Shown piece by piece: positions 50,957 to 60,414 of a stretch of DNA of 64,000 bases. The position numbers were made by a program, and so were the translations under genes. Below the pieces are notes generated by a model, which saw only the letters and a list, made by a program, of their open reading frames with translations, did no database searches and was not told the DNA's origin. The stretch lies in NCBI GenBank assembly GCA_963702845.1, contig OY969763.1, positions 2,784,001 through 2,848,000 on the forward strand. The letters are read 5' to 3'. Source of the DNA: an uncultured Verrucomicrobiae bacterium. GTDB taxonomy: Bacteria; Verrucomicrobiota; Verrucomicrobiia; Limisphaerales; Palsa-1400. The number at the start of each line of letters is the position of its first letter. Positions within the stretch are counted from its first letter, which is position 1.

Positions 50957-52138
50957 TTATTTTTTATAAGTTCGGGTTGGATTCAGTTTGTAAACGCGGC
51001 CGCGGCAAGTCCGGATAATTTCCGGCGCAGCTGGTTTTTGCGGCGCTTTGATCTGGCAGGCGATGGCCCAGACAAAGCCGGTCAGTTCCCGCGCAATGGC
51101 CGTGACCACCACCACGCTCTTTTTACGAACCGATAGGAAGCGGAACCGTTTATGCAGTCGCTGTTGAGCTTTCCATGCGATCAAGCGGACTTCTTTGCTT
51201 TGTTTTTCCTGTCGTTTTTGCATGGCCTCGCTGACCTGCGGTTTGAGACGGTAATGCCAGGACGCTTCGGTGAGGACGCGCCGGCAGTGGGTGTTGCCGC
51301 ATTTAGTAATCCCACCTTGGCTGCGTTTTCCGCCGCTGCTGTGCTCGCAGGAAGTCAGTCCAAAAAAACTCATCAGCTGCCGCGGCTCAGTAAAGCGGGT
51401 CATGTCCCCAGCCTCAGCCACCAAAGTCATCCCGTTGAGCACTTGCACCCCACGCAAGCTCATCAGCCCGCGCACCACCGGTTCCCATTTCCAGCCCGAC
51501 AAAGAGTTTTCCACTGCTTGAGTCAGTCGTTCCAGTCGCTGGCTGGCGTCGTCGATCGTATGAATGCATTCCTGAAAGACGATTTGCTGCGCCGGTTGCG
51601 GCATGAGCAAGCCGGAGAGATAACGCTTGTGCGCATCGTTCCAACTGGTCTTGCCGCTGTAACGAAAACCCAGTCGCAACAAAAAGCCTTTCAAACGATT
51701 TCGGGCCTGGCGCTGGTCACACACCGCCGCAGTGCGGGCCCGGATCAAATCGCGGATAGCTTCATCCTCCTGATCAGGCACGTAGATGGCCCTCAGTTCT
51801 CCCGCCCGATAAAGACGGGCCAGTTGCTCGGCATCACGCCGATCAGTCTTCACCCGGTCGGAAGCCTTTTTGGGAATGAGCGAAGGCGACACCACATCGC
51901 ATTGGATGCCTTTGCTTTTAAGATAGCGATGAATGACAAAGCCGCAGGGACCCGCTTCGTAAACAAAACGCAGTTCAATGTTTTGTGCAGATAGTTTTTT
52001 GACGAGCTTTTCGACGGCTTCAAGGGCTCCGCCGATGATGCCGTAGGAACGGACCTCGGTGGTATCCTGCGGCGCGATGGCCACGGCAATAGTTTCTTTG
52101 TGGACGTCCAGACCGAGGTAATGCACGATTTTATTCAT
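50957..52138 (-). CDS. IS110-family transposase/recombinase
   Basis: LGLDVHK, YEAGPCG, KTDRRDA (DEDD); GL...EHSSG, GGITKCGN, TAIAREL. Confidence 0.96.
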   Translation of the reverse strand: MNKIVHYLGLDVHKETIAVAIAPQDTTEVRSYGIIGGALEAVEKLVKKLSAQNIELRFVYEAGPCGFVIHRYLKSKGIQCDVVSPSLIPKKASDRVKTDRRDAEQLARLYRAGELRAIYVPDQEDEAIRDLIRARTAAVCDQRQARNRLKGFLLRLGFRYSGKTSWNDAHKRYLSGLLMPQPAQQIVFQECIHTIDDASQRLERLTQAVENSLSGWKWEPVVRGLMSLRGVQVLNGMTLVAEAGDMTRFTEPRQLMSFFGLTSCEHSSGGKRSQGGITKCGNTHCRRVLTEASWHYRLKPQVSEAMQKRQEKQSKEVRLIAWKAQQRLHKRFRFLSVRKKSVVVVTAIARELTGFVWAIACQIKAPQKPAAPEIIRTCRGRVYKLNPTRTYKK

Positions 52139-52303
52139 GGGTGTTTGGTTTCTTTCATTGATGCTGAATCAGCCCCGACCCGCCGTCGGGACTCTCATAT
52201 TGCGGATAGGTCGGCACACGCCGATAACCCGCGTAACACCGAGATCAAACACCCATCTGACTTTCTCGTTAAGCCATATGGTCTAGACTGCTTCGCACCT
52301 GCG

Positions 52304-52432
52304 CTACGCACTCCACTTCCAATCGCGGATCTCCGGCATGTCGTCGCCGTGCTCGCGGATGTAATGATTGTGTTCCATGAGTTTGTTTTGGATGGCCTGT
52401 TTGGCGTAGGCAGCCCGCGCGCCCAGTTGCGG
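52304..52432 (-). pseudogene. xfp: 3'-terminal fragment of phosphoketolase
   Basis: Manual translation PQLGARAAYAKQAIQNKLMEHNHYIREHGDDMPEIRDWKWSA*, matching the XFP C-terminal H..YI..HG.DMPEI..W.W signature. Confidence 0.8.
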
Positions 52433-52566
52433 GTCAAGCGCGATTTGTTGCGCTTGATTCGCAGCGGCAGCAGAACAATAGTCTCCTCAACCAATATGAA
52501 CCAACCGTTCGTATATCAAAATTACCTCGACACCCCGTCGCATAATCATAGTTCGACCCAATAGCT

Positions 52567-53112
52567 ATGCTTCGAGAAGCCGCACTCGAATATTTGAAGG
52601 CCAGGAACGCGAAGCCTAGTGAAACGGTTCAGTTGGGTTGGTTTGTCTTCCGGATAATCGCGACTGACCAGGGGCTTGACCTTGAGACATTAGACTTTAA
52701 GGCACTCGCCTCGTTTACTACAGATTTTGAAATTCCTGAGCGTGTTCATTGGGCTCAACAAGAGACGTTACGGCGTCTCGGTGCTTCGGCTATGGCTTGT
52801 ACGTTGAGCCAGCCAGCTCTTGTCAGTCGGTCGTATTCGCCCGGATCGAAACAGGCTTTCATCGAGCGCGGTCAGCTGACAAGCCAGTCCGATTCAGGCT
52901 GGTATGTCGGCGTCCTTGGCGACACATTGGATATGAGACTCGCTAGTTCTTTCGTCCACCAGTCGCTTTACGAGTTGTCTATTCGTGATCAGCGACTGGT
53001 CAGGTTTTGGCTGTTACCGGTCGGCTACCGTGTCTTTTTTGGTGACGATGAACCGAGAATCGAAAGGGTCGAACCAGACGGTGCAGCGAATGCGGCTTCG
53101 CCGCATCGCTGA
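52567..53112 (+). CDS. Cassette 4 gene: Imm33/DUF2185-like immunity-type protein
   Basis: DSGWY motif, SLYEL, LLPVG; overlaps attC 4. Confidence 0.6.
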   Translation: MLREAALEYLKARNAKPSETVQLGWFVFRIIATDQGLDLETLDFKALASFTTDFEIPERVHWAQQETLRRLGASAMACTLSQPALVSRSYSPGSKQAFIERGQLTSQSDSGWYVGVLGDTLDMRLASSFVHQSLYELSIRDQRLVRFWLLPVGYRVFFGDDEPRIERVEPDGAANAASPHR

Positions 53113-53126
53113 CATCTTCGTTAGGC
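53068..53126 (+). mobile_element. Integron attC site 4 (short)
   Basis: GTCGAAC...CAGCGAATGCGG-CTTCG-CCGCATCGCTG...GTTAGGC. Confidence 0.8.
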
Positions 53127-53129
53127 CAC

Positions 53130-53507
53130 TTGAACATTATAAAAACATTACCGTTTATTCTGCTGCTGGCTCTTGTTGGTTGTGACCGTTCCGGGCAGGA
53201 AGCTGTTTTGGCGCAAACCAGCGAACAAGTCCGGCAATGGGTTCCGATGAGGAGTTCTCTCACTACCGCGCGGCAGAGGATGGAGCAGCATCAATACAGG
53301 TGCTCCGTGACTTCATTCGATAGCCTCGAGGAGATGCAGCGGGTGCGACCGAAAGAAACTGCGATCTGGAAGGAGCGAGTGATCCGAGATCACGTGACAC
53401 AAGCCATCACCAATGTCACCTATTTGGAATGCAAGCAAGAGCATCTGGTCGTTCTTTTACGGTTGGTCAATGGTGAGACGAGCGGAATCTTTTCGGCACA
53501 ACATTAG
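53130..53507 (+). CDS. Cassette 5: hypothetical lipoprotein
   Basis: TTG start right after attC; lipobox LLLALVGC. Confidence 0.65.
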   Translation: MNIIKTLPFILLLALVGCDRSGQEAVLAQTSEQVRQWVPMRSSLTTARQRMEQHQYRCSVTSFDSLEEMQRVRPKETAIWKERVIRDHVTQAITNVTYLECKQEHLVVLLRLVNGETSGIFSAQH

Positions 53508-53599
53508 GCATCATGTGTGCGTCTACACCAAAGGCGGCTAGAATCTGGAAACGGATACTCCTGATGGCAGAAGGTTGTTATATATTTTATGACGCTGAT

Positions 53600-53698
53600 G
53601 CCCAACCATGCGCTTGAGCCAACGCCGGTTTGCGTTGGCAATTCCGCTTACGCGGTCGACATCAGGTGTCCGACGTGGCTCAGCTTGGGTTGTTAAGC
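53600..53698 (+). mobile_element. Integron attC site 5
   Basis: GCCCAAC...GCTTGAGCCA...TGGCTCAGC...GTTAAGC; similar to attC 1 and 2. Confidence 0.88.
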
Positions 53699-53803
53699 CG
53701 CATTTAGAACGCCCTTCGATCGTATCTTTGTTGCGTTCGCTTTTCTCTCTTCCACGCAACTCCACCCTCGCCCTTCAAAACCAAACCCGATACAATCGCG
53801 CCC

Positions 53804-54616
53804 GTGAACGTCATCGCCGAGGAGCAAGCACAGTCAAGTCCGTTGCGAGAAACCCTCGCGTGCATGTTCTATCGATTCGAAGTCATCGCGTTGACGGCCT
53901 GGTTCGTGGCACGCTGGTTGGTTCACGGGGCCTACCTGCACGTTCCGCTTGAATTACCCTCCGTCGACGCCATTACCATCGTCGTCGCAACGCTCGCCAC
54001 CATCTTCGGGTTAAGCCGCTGGTGGCCGAACCAAAATGTCATCGCCGTCTCCTTCCTCACCGTCGCCCTGTCCGGAGTCCTCGAACACGTTCTCACCATC
54101 AGCACAGGCTCGGCCTATCCCGACACCGCTGGCACTGCATTTTTCGGTGTGCCCTGGACTTTGCCGCTCCTCTGGCTCGTCGCCATGCTCAACGCCCGCA
54201 GCGTCGCTCGAATGGTTTTGTGGCCAAAACGCGAAAAAGGCAGCTACGGTTTATGGCTGATTCTCTACACCTCGGTCATGACCGCCTTGGTTCTGCTGGT
54301 AAACGAAGCCGTCTCCGGACGATTCTACAACTGGGGCGCGCTCGTCGCCTTTTGCGCTGTTCGCTTTCTCGCCGCCGTATTCTTTCTCGCCATCGTCGCC
54401 CCGTTCTTAATTCCAAAAGGCGGCGTCATTCCTCCACCGGATTGCGGCCCTGTCACCATCTGGGCAGTTCTCAACGCCTACCTCATCATTGTCGCTGCAA
54501 TCGTACACTCTTGGGAATCCTTTGGCATTCTCGTCGTCCTGAATGGAATCCTGACAACCATCGGGCTGCGCTGGCGCAAAAAACGAAAACCCAAAGCCGC
54601 TACGCAGCAGATATAG
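53804..54616 (+). CDS. Membrane protein, CruF-like 'carotenoid biosynthesis protein' family
   Basis: Multiple TM helices, E....TG..Y....G..FFGVPW..PL.W; TACAAT 7 nt before GTG. Confidence 0.6.
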   Translation: MNVIAEEQAQSSPLRETLACMFYRFEVIALTAWFVARWLVHGAYLHVPLELPSVDAITIVVATLATIFGLSRWWPNQNVIAVSFLTVALSGVLEHVLTISTGSAYPDTAGTAFFGVPWTLPLLWLVAMLNARSVARMVLWPKREKGSYGLWLILYTSVMTALVLLVNEAVSGRFYNWGALVAFCAVRFLAAVFFLAIVAPFLIPKGGVIPPPDCGPVTIWAVLNAYLIIVAAIVHSWESFGILVVLNGILTTIGLRWRKKRKPKAATQQI

Positions 54617-55406
54617 CCAGCTCGAACGACGGCACCAGCTCGAACTTCAACGTCACCGGCGACGCTGCCCGCAACGCTTCGCGCATCTTCTCCTCATCCG
54701 CAAACGTGTTCAGCAAATGCCGCCCTTCGCACACGATCTGCAATGGCTCCTCAGAACGAAACGGCCACGGATCAAACCGAACCACATGACCATCCCGGAT
54801 GCTCATCGTCAGATTCATTTGTCCGGCGGCACACGGCACATTTTCAATCACTCGCTCCTCTTCAAAACCGATACACAACGACAGCGATATCCAATCCCAC
54901 ACCGACACTAACCGCGCGTTGCGATCAATGTTTTCGTCCGCCGCCCATTCGCCATAATAAAAATCATTCTGCAACGAAGTCACCAGTGTTCGCTGCCGTT
55001 CTTCCTGGTCGCGCAAAAATTTCTTTTCCAATTCGAACTCACGCGGGGAATTGAATTTCCGACGCCCATCACAGAGGTGGGTAAAATGGAGCGACACCAA
55101 CAGCGCCGGATACCGCCCATACCGCATCATCTTCTGAATACTCTTATGCCACAGTGCCAGCCTGGCTTCGGTCGGCAGTTCCAGAAATGAATACGGCAAG
55201 CCGGTTTTGGCATTAAGCGTCGGCGAATGTTCCCAGTTTAAGTAACCGATATCATGAAGAGCTGCCGCGATGTAAACATCCGCATCCGGTTCAAACGTGC
55301 CAAACGTGTCATTTCCCCAACGGCGCGCAACCTGTCCGGCGACCCATGCGTGAGCCGGTTGACTGATAACAACGATCCCCTCCTCCTCATGCACCCGGTG
55401 CAACAT
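54600..55406 (-). CDS. DUF3891 family protein
   Basis: ISQPAHAWVAGQVA..WGN, ALHDIG, LLVSLH, WDWISL.LC, DPWPF; start 55406 or 55421. Confidence 0.85.
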   Translation of the reverse strand: MLHRVHEEEGIVVISQPAHAWVAGQVARRWGNDTFGTFEPDADVYIAAALHDIGYLNWEHSPTLNAKTGLPYSFLELPTEARLALWHKSIQKMMRYGRYPALLVSLHFTHLCDGRRKFNSPREFELEKKFLRDQEERQRTLVTSLQNDFYYGEWAADENIDRNARLVSVWDWISLSLCIGFEEERVIENVPCAAGQMNLTMSIRDGHVVRFDPWPFRSEEPLQIVCEGRHLLNTFADEEKMREALRAASPVTLKFELVPSFELAISAA

Positions 55407-55565
55407 GATGAAACGTAGCACAACCCCACCATTTCGCTTTTCGGGCGTGCGGGCTGCGAGGCCGACGTTCGGCTCCCGGCCGCAGCAACGTCAAGAGCAC
55501 CCCTGGTTACGAATTACCTCAACGCTCCTCCACAAAGTCATCAAAAACCGCCAAAAAATAAATTT

Positions 55566-55592
55566 TCACTTGGACAGCCTTTGTCCAAGTGA
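55566..55592. promoter_or_regulatory. Second copy of palindrome TCACTTGGAC-N7-GTCCAAGTGA
   Basis: Identical arms and spacer length to 32442-32468; 18 nt before ATG 55611. Confidence 0.75.
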
Positions 55593-55610
55593 CCTTGCTA
55601 ACCTCGCCCC

Positions 55611-55847
55611 ATGAAAATTGAAATATCCGAAGTATTCGTGCTCCACACCGACTCCATCAACACCGAGGCAACACCCGCACCTATCGGCATAGCCGCCCTC
55701 GAACCTCGCACAAGTCCGGTCGGCACCAACACCAAATCCCGCCGATTTCCGGCTTTTGCCGCTTTATCCCGCTTTTTCTCACTAAAACTAAAAAGATGTT
55801 ATGCCACCCACGATCGCTCCTTCCAAATCGGCGTGACAAACCCGTGA
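55611..55847 (+). CDS. Small hypothetical protein
   Basis: 78 aa ORF between the palindrome and a periodic repeat; no recognisable motif. Confidence 0.35.
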   Translation: MKIEISEVFVLHTDSINTEATPAPIGIAALEPRTSPVGTNTKSRRFPAFAALSRFFSLKLKRCYATHDRSFQIGVTNP

Positions 55848-55860
55848 CAGAATCGCGCTT

Positions 55861-55910
55861 CATGACGCTCCATAACGGTTCATAACGCCTCATAACGGCT
55901 TATAACGGTT
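55861..55910 (+). repeat. 5 x 10-bp periodic repeat CATAACGnnn followed by T/A tracts
   Basis: catgacgctc cataacggtt cataacgcct cataacggct tataacggtt gtttttaaaaaaa. Confidence 0.88.
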
Positions 55911-55964
55911 GTTTTTAAAAAAATAAAATTTTCGAATTCGTGCCCCGACGCATACAGTTGACTC

Positions 55965-57218
55965 GTGCAGTATCAACCCAGCACATGGGCGATGATCCCA
56001 TTTGGAATCGTTCTAATGGCAATTGCCATTGGCCCGACGCTCTTCCATGCCTGGTGGAACAAACACTATTCCAAAGTCACGCTATCGCTTGCTGCGATCA
56101 CATTGGCATACTACCTGTTCGCCGTTCCAAGCGGGATAACCACCGTCTTCCATACCGCTCACGAATACTTCGGCTTCATCGCGCTCATCGGCTCGCTCTA
56201 CGTCGTTTCCGGCGGCATCCACATCCACGTAGGCCGCGAGGCCACCCCCGCCTTGAACGTTCTCTTCCTCTTCATCGGCGCAGTGCTTGCGAATATCCTG
56301 GGCACAACCGGTGCCTCGATGTTGCTCATTCGGCCGTGGCTGCGCATGAACCAACATCGGGCCGCGACCCATCACGTCGTGTTTTTCATTTTTATAGTCG
56401 CGAACATCGGCGGCTGTCTCACGCCCATCGGCGATCCTCCGCTCTTCCTCGGTTATTTGAAAGGCGTGCCCTTCTGGTGGGTAGTCCAAAAATGCTGGCC
56501 CATGTGGCTGATTGGAGTCGGCTTCCTGCTCGCAATCTTCTACGTGTTCGACCGCCGCAACTACGCGAAGGTAGGGCGCGTCGCTCCGCGCGCGCCGAAA
56601 CTGCCGCACGAAACAGACAAATGGAAATTCGAAGGCTTGGCCAACCTGGCCTGTCTGACCGTCGTTCTGGCTGGAGTGTTCGTCTCCAAACCCCTGCTCC
56701 TGCGCGAAACCATCATGATCGCCGCCGCCTTGGTCTCCTGGGTCACAACCAGGAAATCCGTCCACGACGCCAACCACTTCAACTGGCATCCGGTGATCGA
56801 AGTCGTCATCCTTTTCGCCGCCATCTTTTCCACCATGATGCCCGTCCTCGACTGGCTGCGTCTCAATGCCCACAACGTCTTCGGTTCCCCGCATGTTGGA
56901 ACATATTATTGGGTCAGTGGTTTGCTCTCCGGGGTGCTCGACAATGCCCCCACCTACCTGGCCTTCTTCACCATGATCTTCGGCGGCACCTATCCAGTCG
57001 GAGACCATCTGGATGTGTTTCTCGAAGCCATCAGCGTCGGCGCAGTTTTCTTCGGCGCAGCCACCTACATTGGCAACGGCCCCAATTTCATGGTGCGTTC
57101 GATCGCCATGCATCAAAAGGCCCCCGGCCCAACCTTCTTCGGCTACATCATAAAATGGGCCCTGCCCATCCTCGGACCATTGTTCGCGCTGCTCTGGTTT
57201 CTGTTCTTCCGCTCGTAG
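55965..57218 (+). CDS. Putative sodium:proton antiporter / IT-superfamily transporter
   Basis: GTTGASMLLIRP, ANIGGCLTPIGDPPLFLG, LDNAPTY, TYIGNGPNFMV. Confidence 0.9.
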   Translation: MQYQPSTWAMIPFGIVLMAIAIGPTLFHAWWNKHYSKVTLSLAAITLAYYLFAVPSGITTVFHTAHEYFGFIALIGSLYVVSGGIHIHVGREATPALNVLFLFIGAVLANILGTTGASMLLIRPWLRMNQHRAATHHVVFFIFIVANIGGCLTPIGDPPLFLGYLKGVPFWWVVQKCWPMWLIGVGFLLAIFYVFDRRNYAKVGRVAPRAPKLPHETDKWKFEGLANLACLTVVLAGVFVSKPLLLRETIMIAAALVSWVTTRKSVHDANHFNWHPVIEVVILFAAIFSTMMPVLDWLRLNAHNVFGSPHVGTYYWVSGLLSGVLDNAPTYLAFFTMIFGGTYPVGDHLDVFLEAISVGAVFFGAATYIGNGPNFMVRSIAMHQKAPGPTFFGYIIKWALPILGPLFALLWFLFFRS

Positions 57219-57235
57219 CCGCCGACGCAATCCAA

Positions 57236-58015
57236 TTACACGTAACCGAGGCGTTTCATCGCCGTCCCGTGATTTGCCATGAATTCCGCCTGCATCGATC
57301 CAGTGAAATAACTGCTGTAATCTGTACCTCCCTCGCGGATAAACATTTTATTTTTTTCCGTAGGGTTAAGGCCGCGACGAGGTTGGGCCGCATCCAATTT
57401 CGACATATTCTCGAAGCTGCATTGCTCCACGGCTTTTTCTATTCGGGCGAGGTCCACAGGAATTTTGCTGAAGACGCACATCCGGATGAGTTCGCCAACC
57501 GGGTTGAGCACCAAATCTTCGTAACGAACGAGCAGAAAGCGAGCGGGCGCGTGATCAATCCAGGAATTGAGGTGGTCGCTCCATCGTCCGTAACCTACGT
57601 TGCCCTGATTGAAGGTGAGCAGGAATTGCTCGAACGTGCTGTCTTCGCTGATTTGTTTGTTCCGGCGATGAAAATGGAAATACGACACAGCCACTTCCCG
57701 GACATTGCGCACCAGGTAGATGACGTTCTGCATTTCCGAACAGTAAGAGAAATGGCTTTTGATGAAGCGCGGCCGCGATTTGAGTTGCTTGATCGATTCG
57801 GGCCGCTCATGCATATCCGGCATGATGTCGTGGACGCTGAAGAAATCGACTTTGCTGCCGGAAAGGTAACTAGCGATCAGAAATCGCAACCAGGTATTGC
57901 CGGAGCGTGGATAGGAAACGAGAAAAACATCATCATCCGCCGAAGTGAACGGCAACGTGGAATTGCGCTTACTGACGGTTTTCGGCCAGAGCTTTTCGGT
58001 AAACTTCAAAGGCAT
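57236..58015 (-). CDS. Sulfotransferase
   Basis: 5'-PSB SYPRSGNTW, IKSH, YLVRN.R.VAVS, RYEDL, FIREG. Confidence 0.9.
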   Translation of the reverse strand: MPLKFTEKLWPKTVSKRNSTLPFTSADDDVFLVSYPRSGNTWLRFLIASYLSGSKVDFFSVHDIMPDMHERPESIKQLKSRPRFIKSHFSYCSEMQNVIYLVRNVREVAVSYFHFHRRNKQISEDSTFEQFLLTFNQGNVGYGRWSDHLNSWIDHAPARFLLVRYEDLVLNPVGELIRMCVFSKIPVDLARIEKAVEQCSFENMSKLDAAQPRRGLNPTEKNKMFIREGGTDYSSYFTGSMQAEFMANHGTAMKRLGYV

Positions 58016-58347
58016 AGCGAAACGTTGTTAAACTGTTCATCTCGCTCCTTTGGTTGCGGCGACGACATCGCCTTTATTGCACGCAAACCCTGTACAGTTC
58101 TGCGCACTAAGAGGAACGCTTTTTTGTTAGCTGCCAACAATATTGGCGAGCTTGGGACTTTTGTAGTGTCTTCCCTCTCACTCGTCAAGCTTTTCCCTCT
58201 CATTTTCAATGGGGTATACCTCACATTCCTCAACTCACCACAAATGTCAGTTCGAGCTATTGAAACAAACCCGTTTCAAAACCGCGTCCACCCCATTGCG
58301 TTGTCCCTCGACTCTAAAAGCCTTTCCGGCCAAAATGAACGAAAGCC

Positions 58348-59544
58348 ATGAATCGTCGGTTGTTGTTGTATTTATCCCTAGCTTGCAATGTTAGCCTCGT
58401 CGTTTTTTTTGGTGTTCGACACTACGATTCAAAGCCAATTCAATCGCCAGCGGAACATCAAGGAACAAACCTCGCGGCCGCATCCACCCTTTCGAAAGTA
58501 ATCCGATTAAATTGGCAATCGGTGGAAACGTCGGATTACAGGCAATACATTCGTAATCTGCGTGCGATCGGGTGCCCGGAGGAAACGGTTTATGACATCA
58601 TCGTTGCAGACGTAAACACCCTTTATGCACTTCGCTTGAAGACCGCAGACTCCGCCGCTCCCTGGCGATATTGGGATGCGGAAGATGAGATCGTTTCGCG
58701 CGAGGAGACCGCCCATCAACGGATGCGACGCGATTTAGAAAAAGAAAAGACGGCTTTGATTAAAAACCTTCTCGGAGCCGATGCCGTCGAGCGGATGAAA
58801 AAATATCAGCTTTGGGGCGGAGAAGAAAACGTCAATCGCAAGCTGGCGTTTTTGCCCGAGGAAAAGCGAGAGTCGCTCAAAGCGCTTCAGCAGCGGTATT
58901 ACGAAATGGAGCAAGAGGCCATGGAATGGGACGCGAACAGCGTATTGACTGATCGCAGCCGCGAAAAAATCATCGAGTTGCGCAAGGTAGAGGATGCAGA
59001 ACTGCGCGCCCAACTTTCGCCGACGGAGCTACAGGAATATGATTTTCGCTTTTCGGAAACGGCTTCGCACCTGCGCCGCGAACTGAATGGGTTCCATCCC
59101 ACGGAACAGGAATTTCGCCAGCTGTATGAATTGCGCAAAACTTACGAGCAGCAGATGGGCGCGAGCCTTGATGTCAGTGATCCAAACGTCATCAAGGCGC
59201 GCGAGGAAAACGAACAACGGCTCGTTCAGCGCGGTAAAGAAATTCTGGGCGAATCGCGCCACGCGGAATTCGTTCGTTCGCAGGACGTGGATTACCAGAA
59301 CGCGTTGCGGCTAACGAAATACATGAATTTGCCTGAAACCGCCGCGGCCGAAGTTTACACGCTCAAGCAACAACAGGACGCTGAAGTTACCAAACTGCGC
59401 AGCAATCCTGACGCTGACGAGGAACAACGCCTCAGACTATTTTTCAATCTCCAGCAAGAGGGTGATGCGCGCTTGCAGCAAATTCTTGGACCTCAGGGCT
59501 TCGATACCTATCGCCAAAACAATCGTTGGTGGATGCGCAATTAA
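58348..59544 (+). CDS. Membrane-anchored helical hypothetical protein
   Basis: N-terminal TM, WQSVETSDYRQYIRNLRAIGCPEET, helical repeats. Confidence 0.8.
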   Translation: MNRRLLLYLSLACNVSLVVFFGVRHYDSKPIQSPAEHQGTNLAAASTLSKVIRLNWQSVETSDYRQYIRNLRAIGCPEETVYDIIVADVNTLYALRLKTADSAAPWRYWDAEDEIVSREETAHQRMRRDLEKEKTALIKNLLGADAVERMKKYQLWGGEENVNRKLAFLPEEKRESLKALQQRYYEMEQEAMEWDANSVLTDRSREKIIELRKVEDAELRAQLSPTELQEYDFRFSETASHLRRELNGFHPTEQEFRQLYELRKTYEQQMGASLDVSDPNVIKAREENEQRLVQRGKEILGESRHAEFVRSQDVDYQNALRLTKYMNLPETAAAEVYTLKQQQDAEVTKLRSNPDADEEQRLRLFFNLQQEGDARLQQILGPQGFDTYRQNNRWWMRN

Positions 59545-59571
59545 AAACCCGGCGTTGTTGAACGCCGGGTT
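59543..59571 (-). terminator. Intrinsic terminator between convergent genes
   Basis: AACCCGGCGTT-gttg-AACGCCGGGTT with T run on minus strand. Confidence 0.8.
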
Positions 59572-59601
59572 GCTCAAGTTCGAGCTGGAGATGCGGTCAG
59601 C

Positions 59602-60414
59602 TTACAGGTTATCAACCTTCGCTTCAATCACGGATTGAATGCTCGAAGGCACCGCCGAAAAGAAATTGTAACCGGTCCACGATTCGATCTGGTTTACGGA
59701 CGTGCGGTAGTTCTTCCAGTTGGCCGAGCGGATACCGCTGTTATTCGGGATGTCCACGGCAATCAGACGGGTGGAGGTGGTCACACGTGAAACGTCACTG
59801 GAACCATTTGGCAAGACCATGATGACCTTCCAAGTCGAGGTGGGGACCAGCACTCGTCCGCTATCGATGGTGGCTTTGGAACCGCGTCCACCGCTGATGA
59901 TATAAAGTTCATTTCCCGCCGAAACGAGGGATCGGCAATAATCTTCCAATACAGCCCACGGCCCCTGGTTATTGTCCGGGGTCTGCGGCACGATGTTCGA
60001 CATATAAAACGTCGCGGCATTGTCGGTCGAACTGGCGGTGCGGTCAGCCGAAGGGCACATATGTCCGCGATCATAGCCGCTGCTGGTGTAACTGCCAGTG
60101 GTCACATGATACCATGCTGATGGCAAATTCGAGTCAGACTTGAAACAATCGCAACGCGCGGCACTTCCTAAATCCAGCGGTCCAAGATGCCAGCTCACCC
60201 AATTCGGCACGCCATGGTCACGATGATAAGAATGCGCATATTGCGGCTTGGACATCAGATAATTGGAGGGGAAGTTAACATCGGTGGTCGCTCCACTCGG
60301 ATTTCCCATGGTGAGTTGAACGCTGGCGGTGGACTGGGCGACTACCGCGCTGGCGGTGAGCAGCAGCAGACAGGCTGTAGCTGCAATACGGCGGGTGAGG
60401 TTATTTTTCGACAT
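59602..60414 (-). CDS. Secreted DNA/RNA non-specific endonuclease (NucA-like)
   Basis: GNPSGA, PNWVSWHL, YDRGHMCPSADR, TFYMSNIVPQ, NNQGPW. Confidence 0.93.
   Translation of the reverse strand: MSKNNLTRRIAATACLLLLTASAVVAQSTASVQLTMGNPSGATTDVNFPSNYLMSKPQYAHSYHRDHGVPNWVSWHLGPLDLGSAARCDCFKSDSNLPSAWYHVTTGSYTSSGYDRGHMCPSADRTASSTDNAATFYMSNIVPQTPDNNQGPWAVLEDYCRSLVSAGNELYIISGGRGSKATIDSGRVLVPTSTWKVIMVLPNGSSDVSRVTTSTRLIAVDIPNNSGIRSANWKNYRTSVNQIESWTGYNFFSAVPSSIQSVIEAKVDNL

Larger units (their letters stand above)
50488..52284 (-). mobile_element. IS110-family insertion sequence (IS1111-like layout)
   Basis: Subterminal inverted repeats ATATGGCT (50489-50496) / AGCCATAT (52272-52279); removal restores GTTAGAC; long non-coding end downstream of transposase. 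Confidence 0.88.

Noticed and set aside
55940..58351. 803-aa plus-strand ORF
   Set aside because: Shadow frame over the antiporter and antisense to the sulfotransferase; Arg/Pro/His-rich with no motifs.
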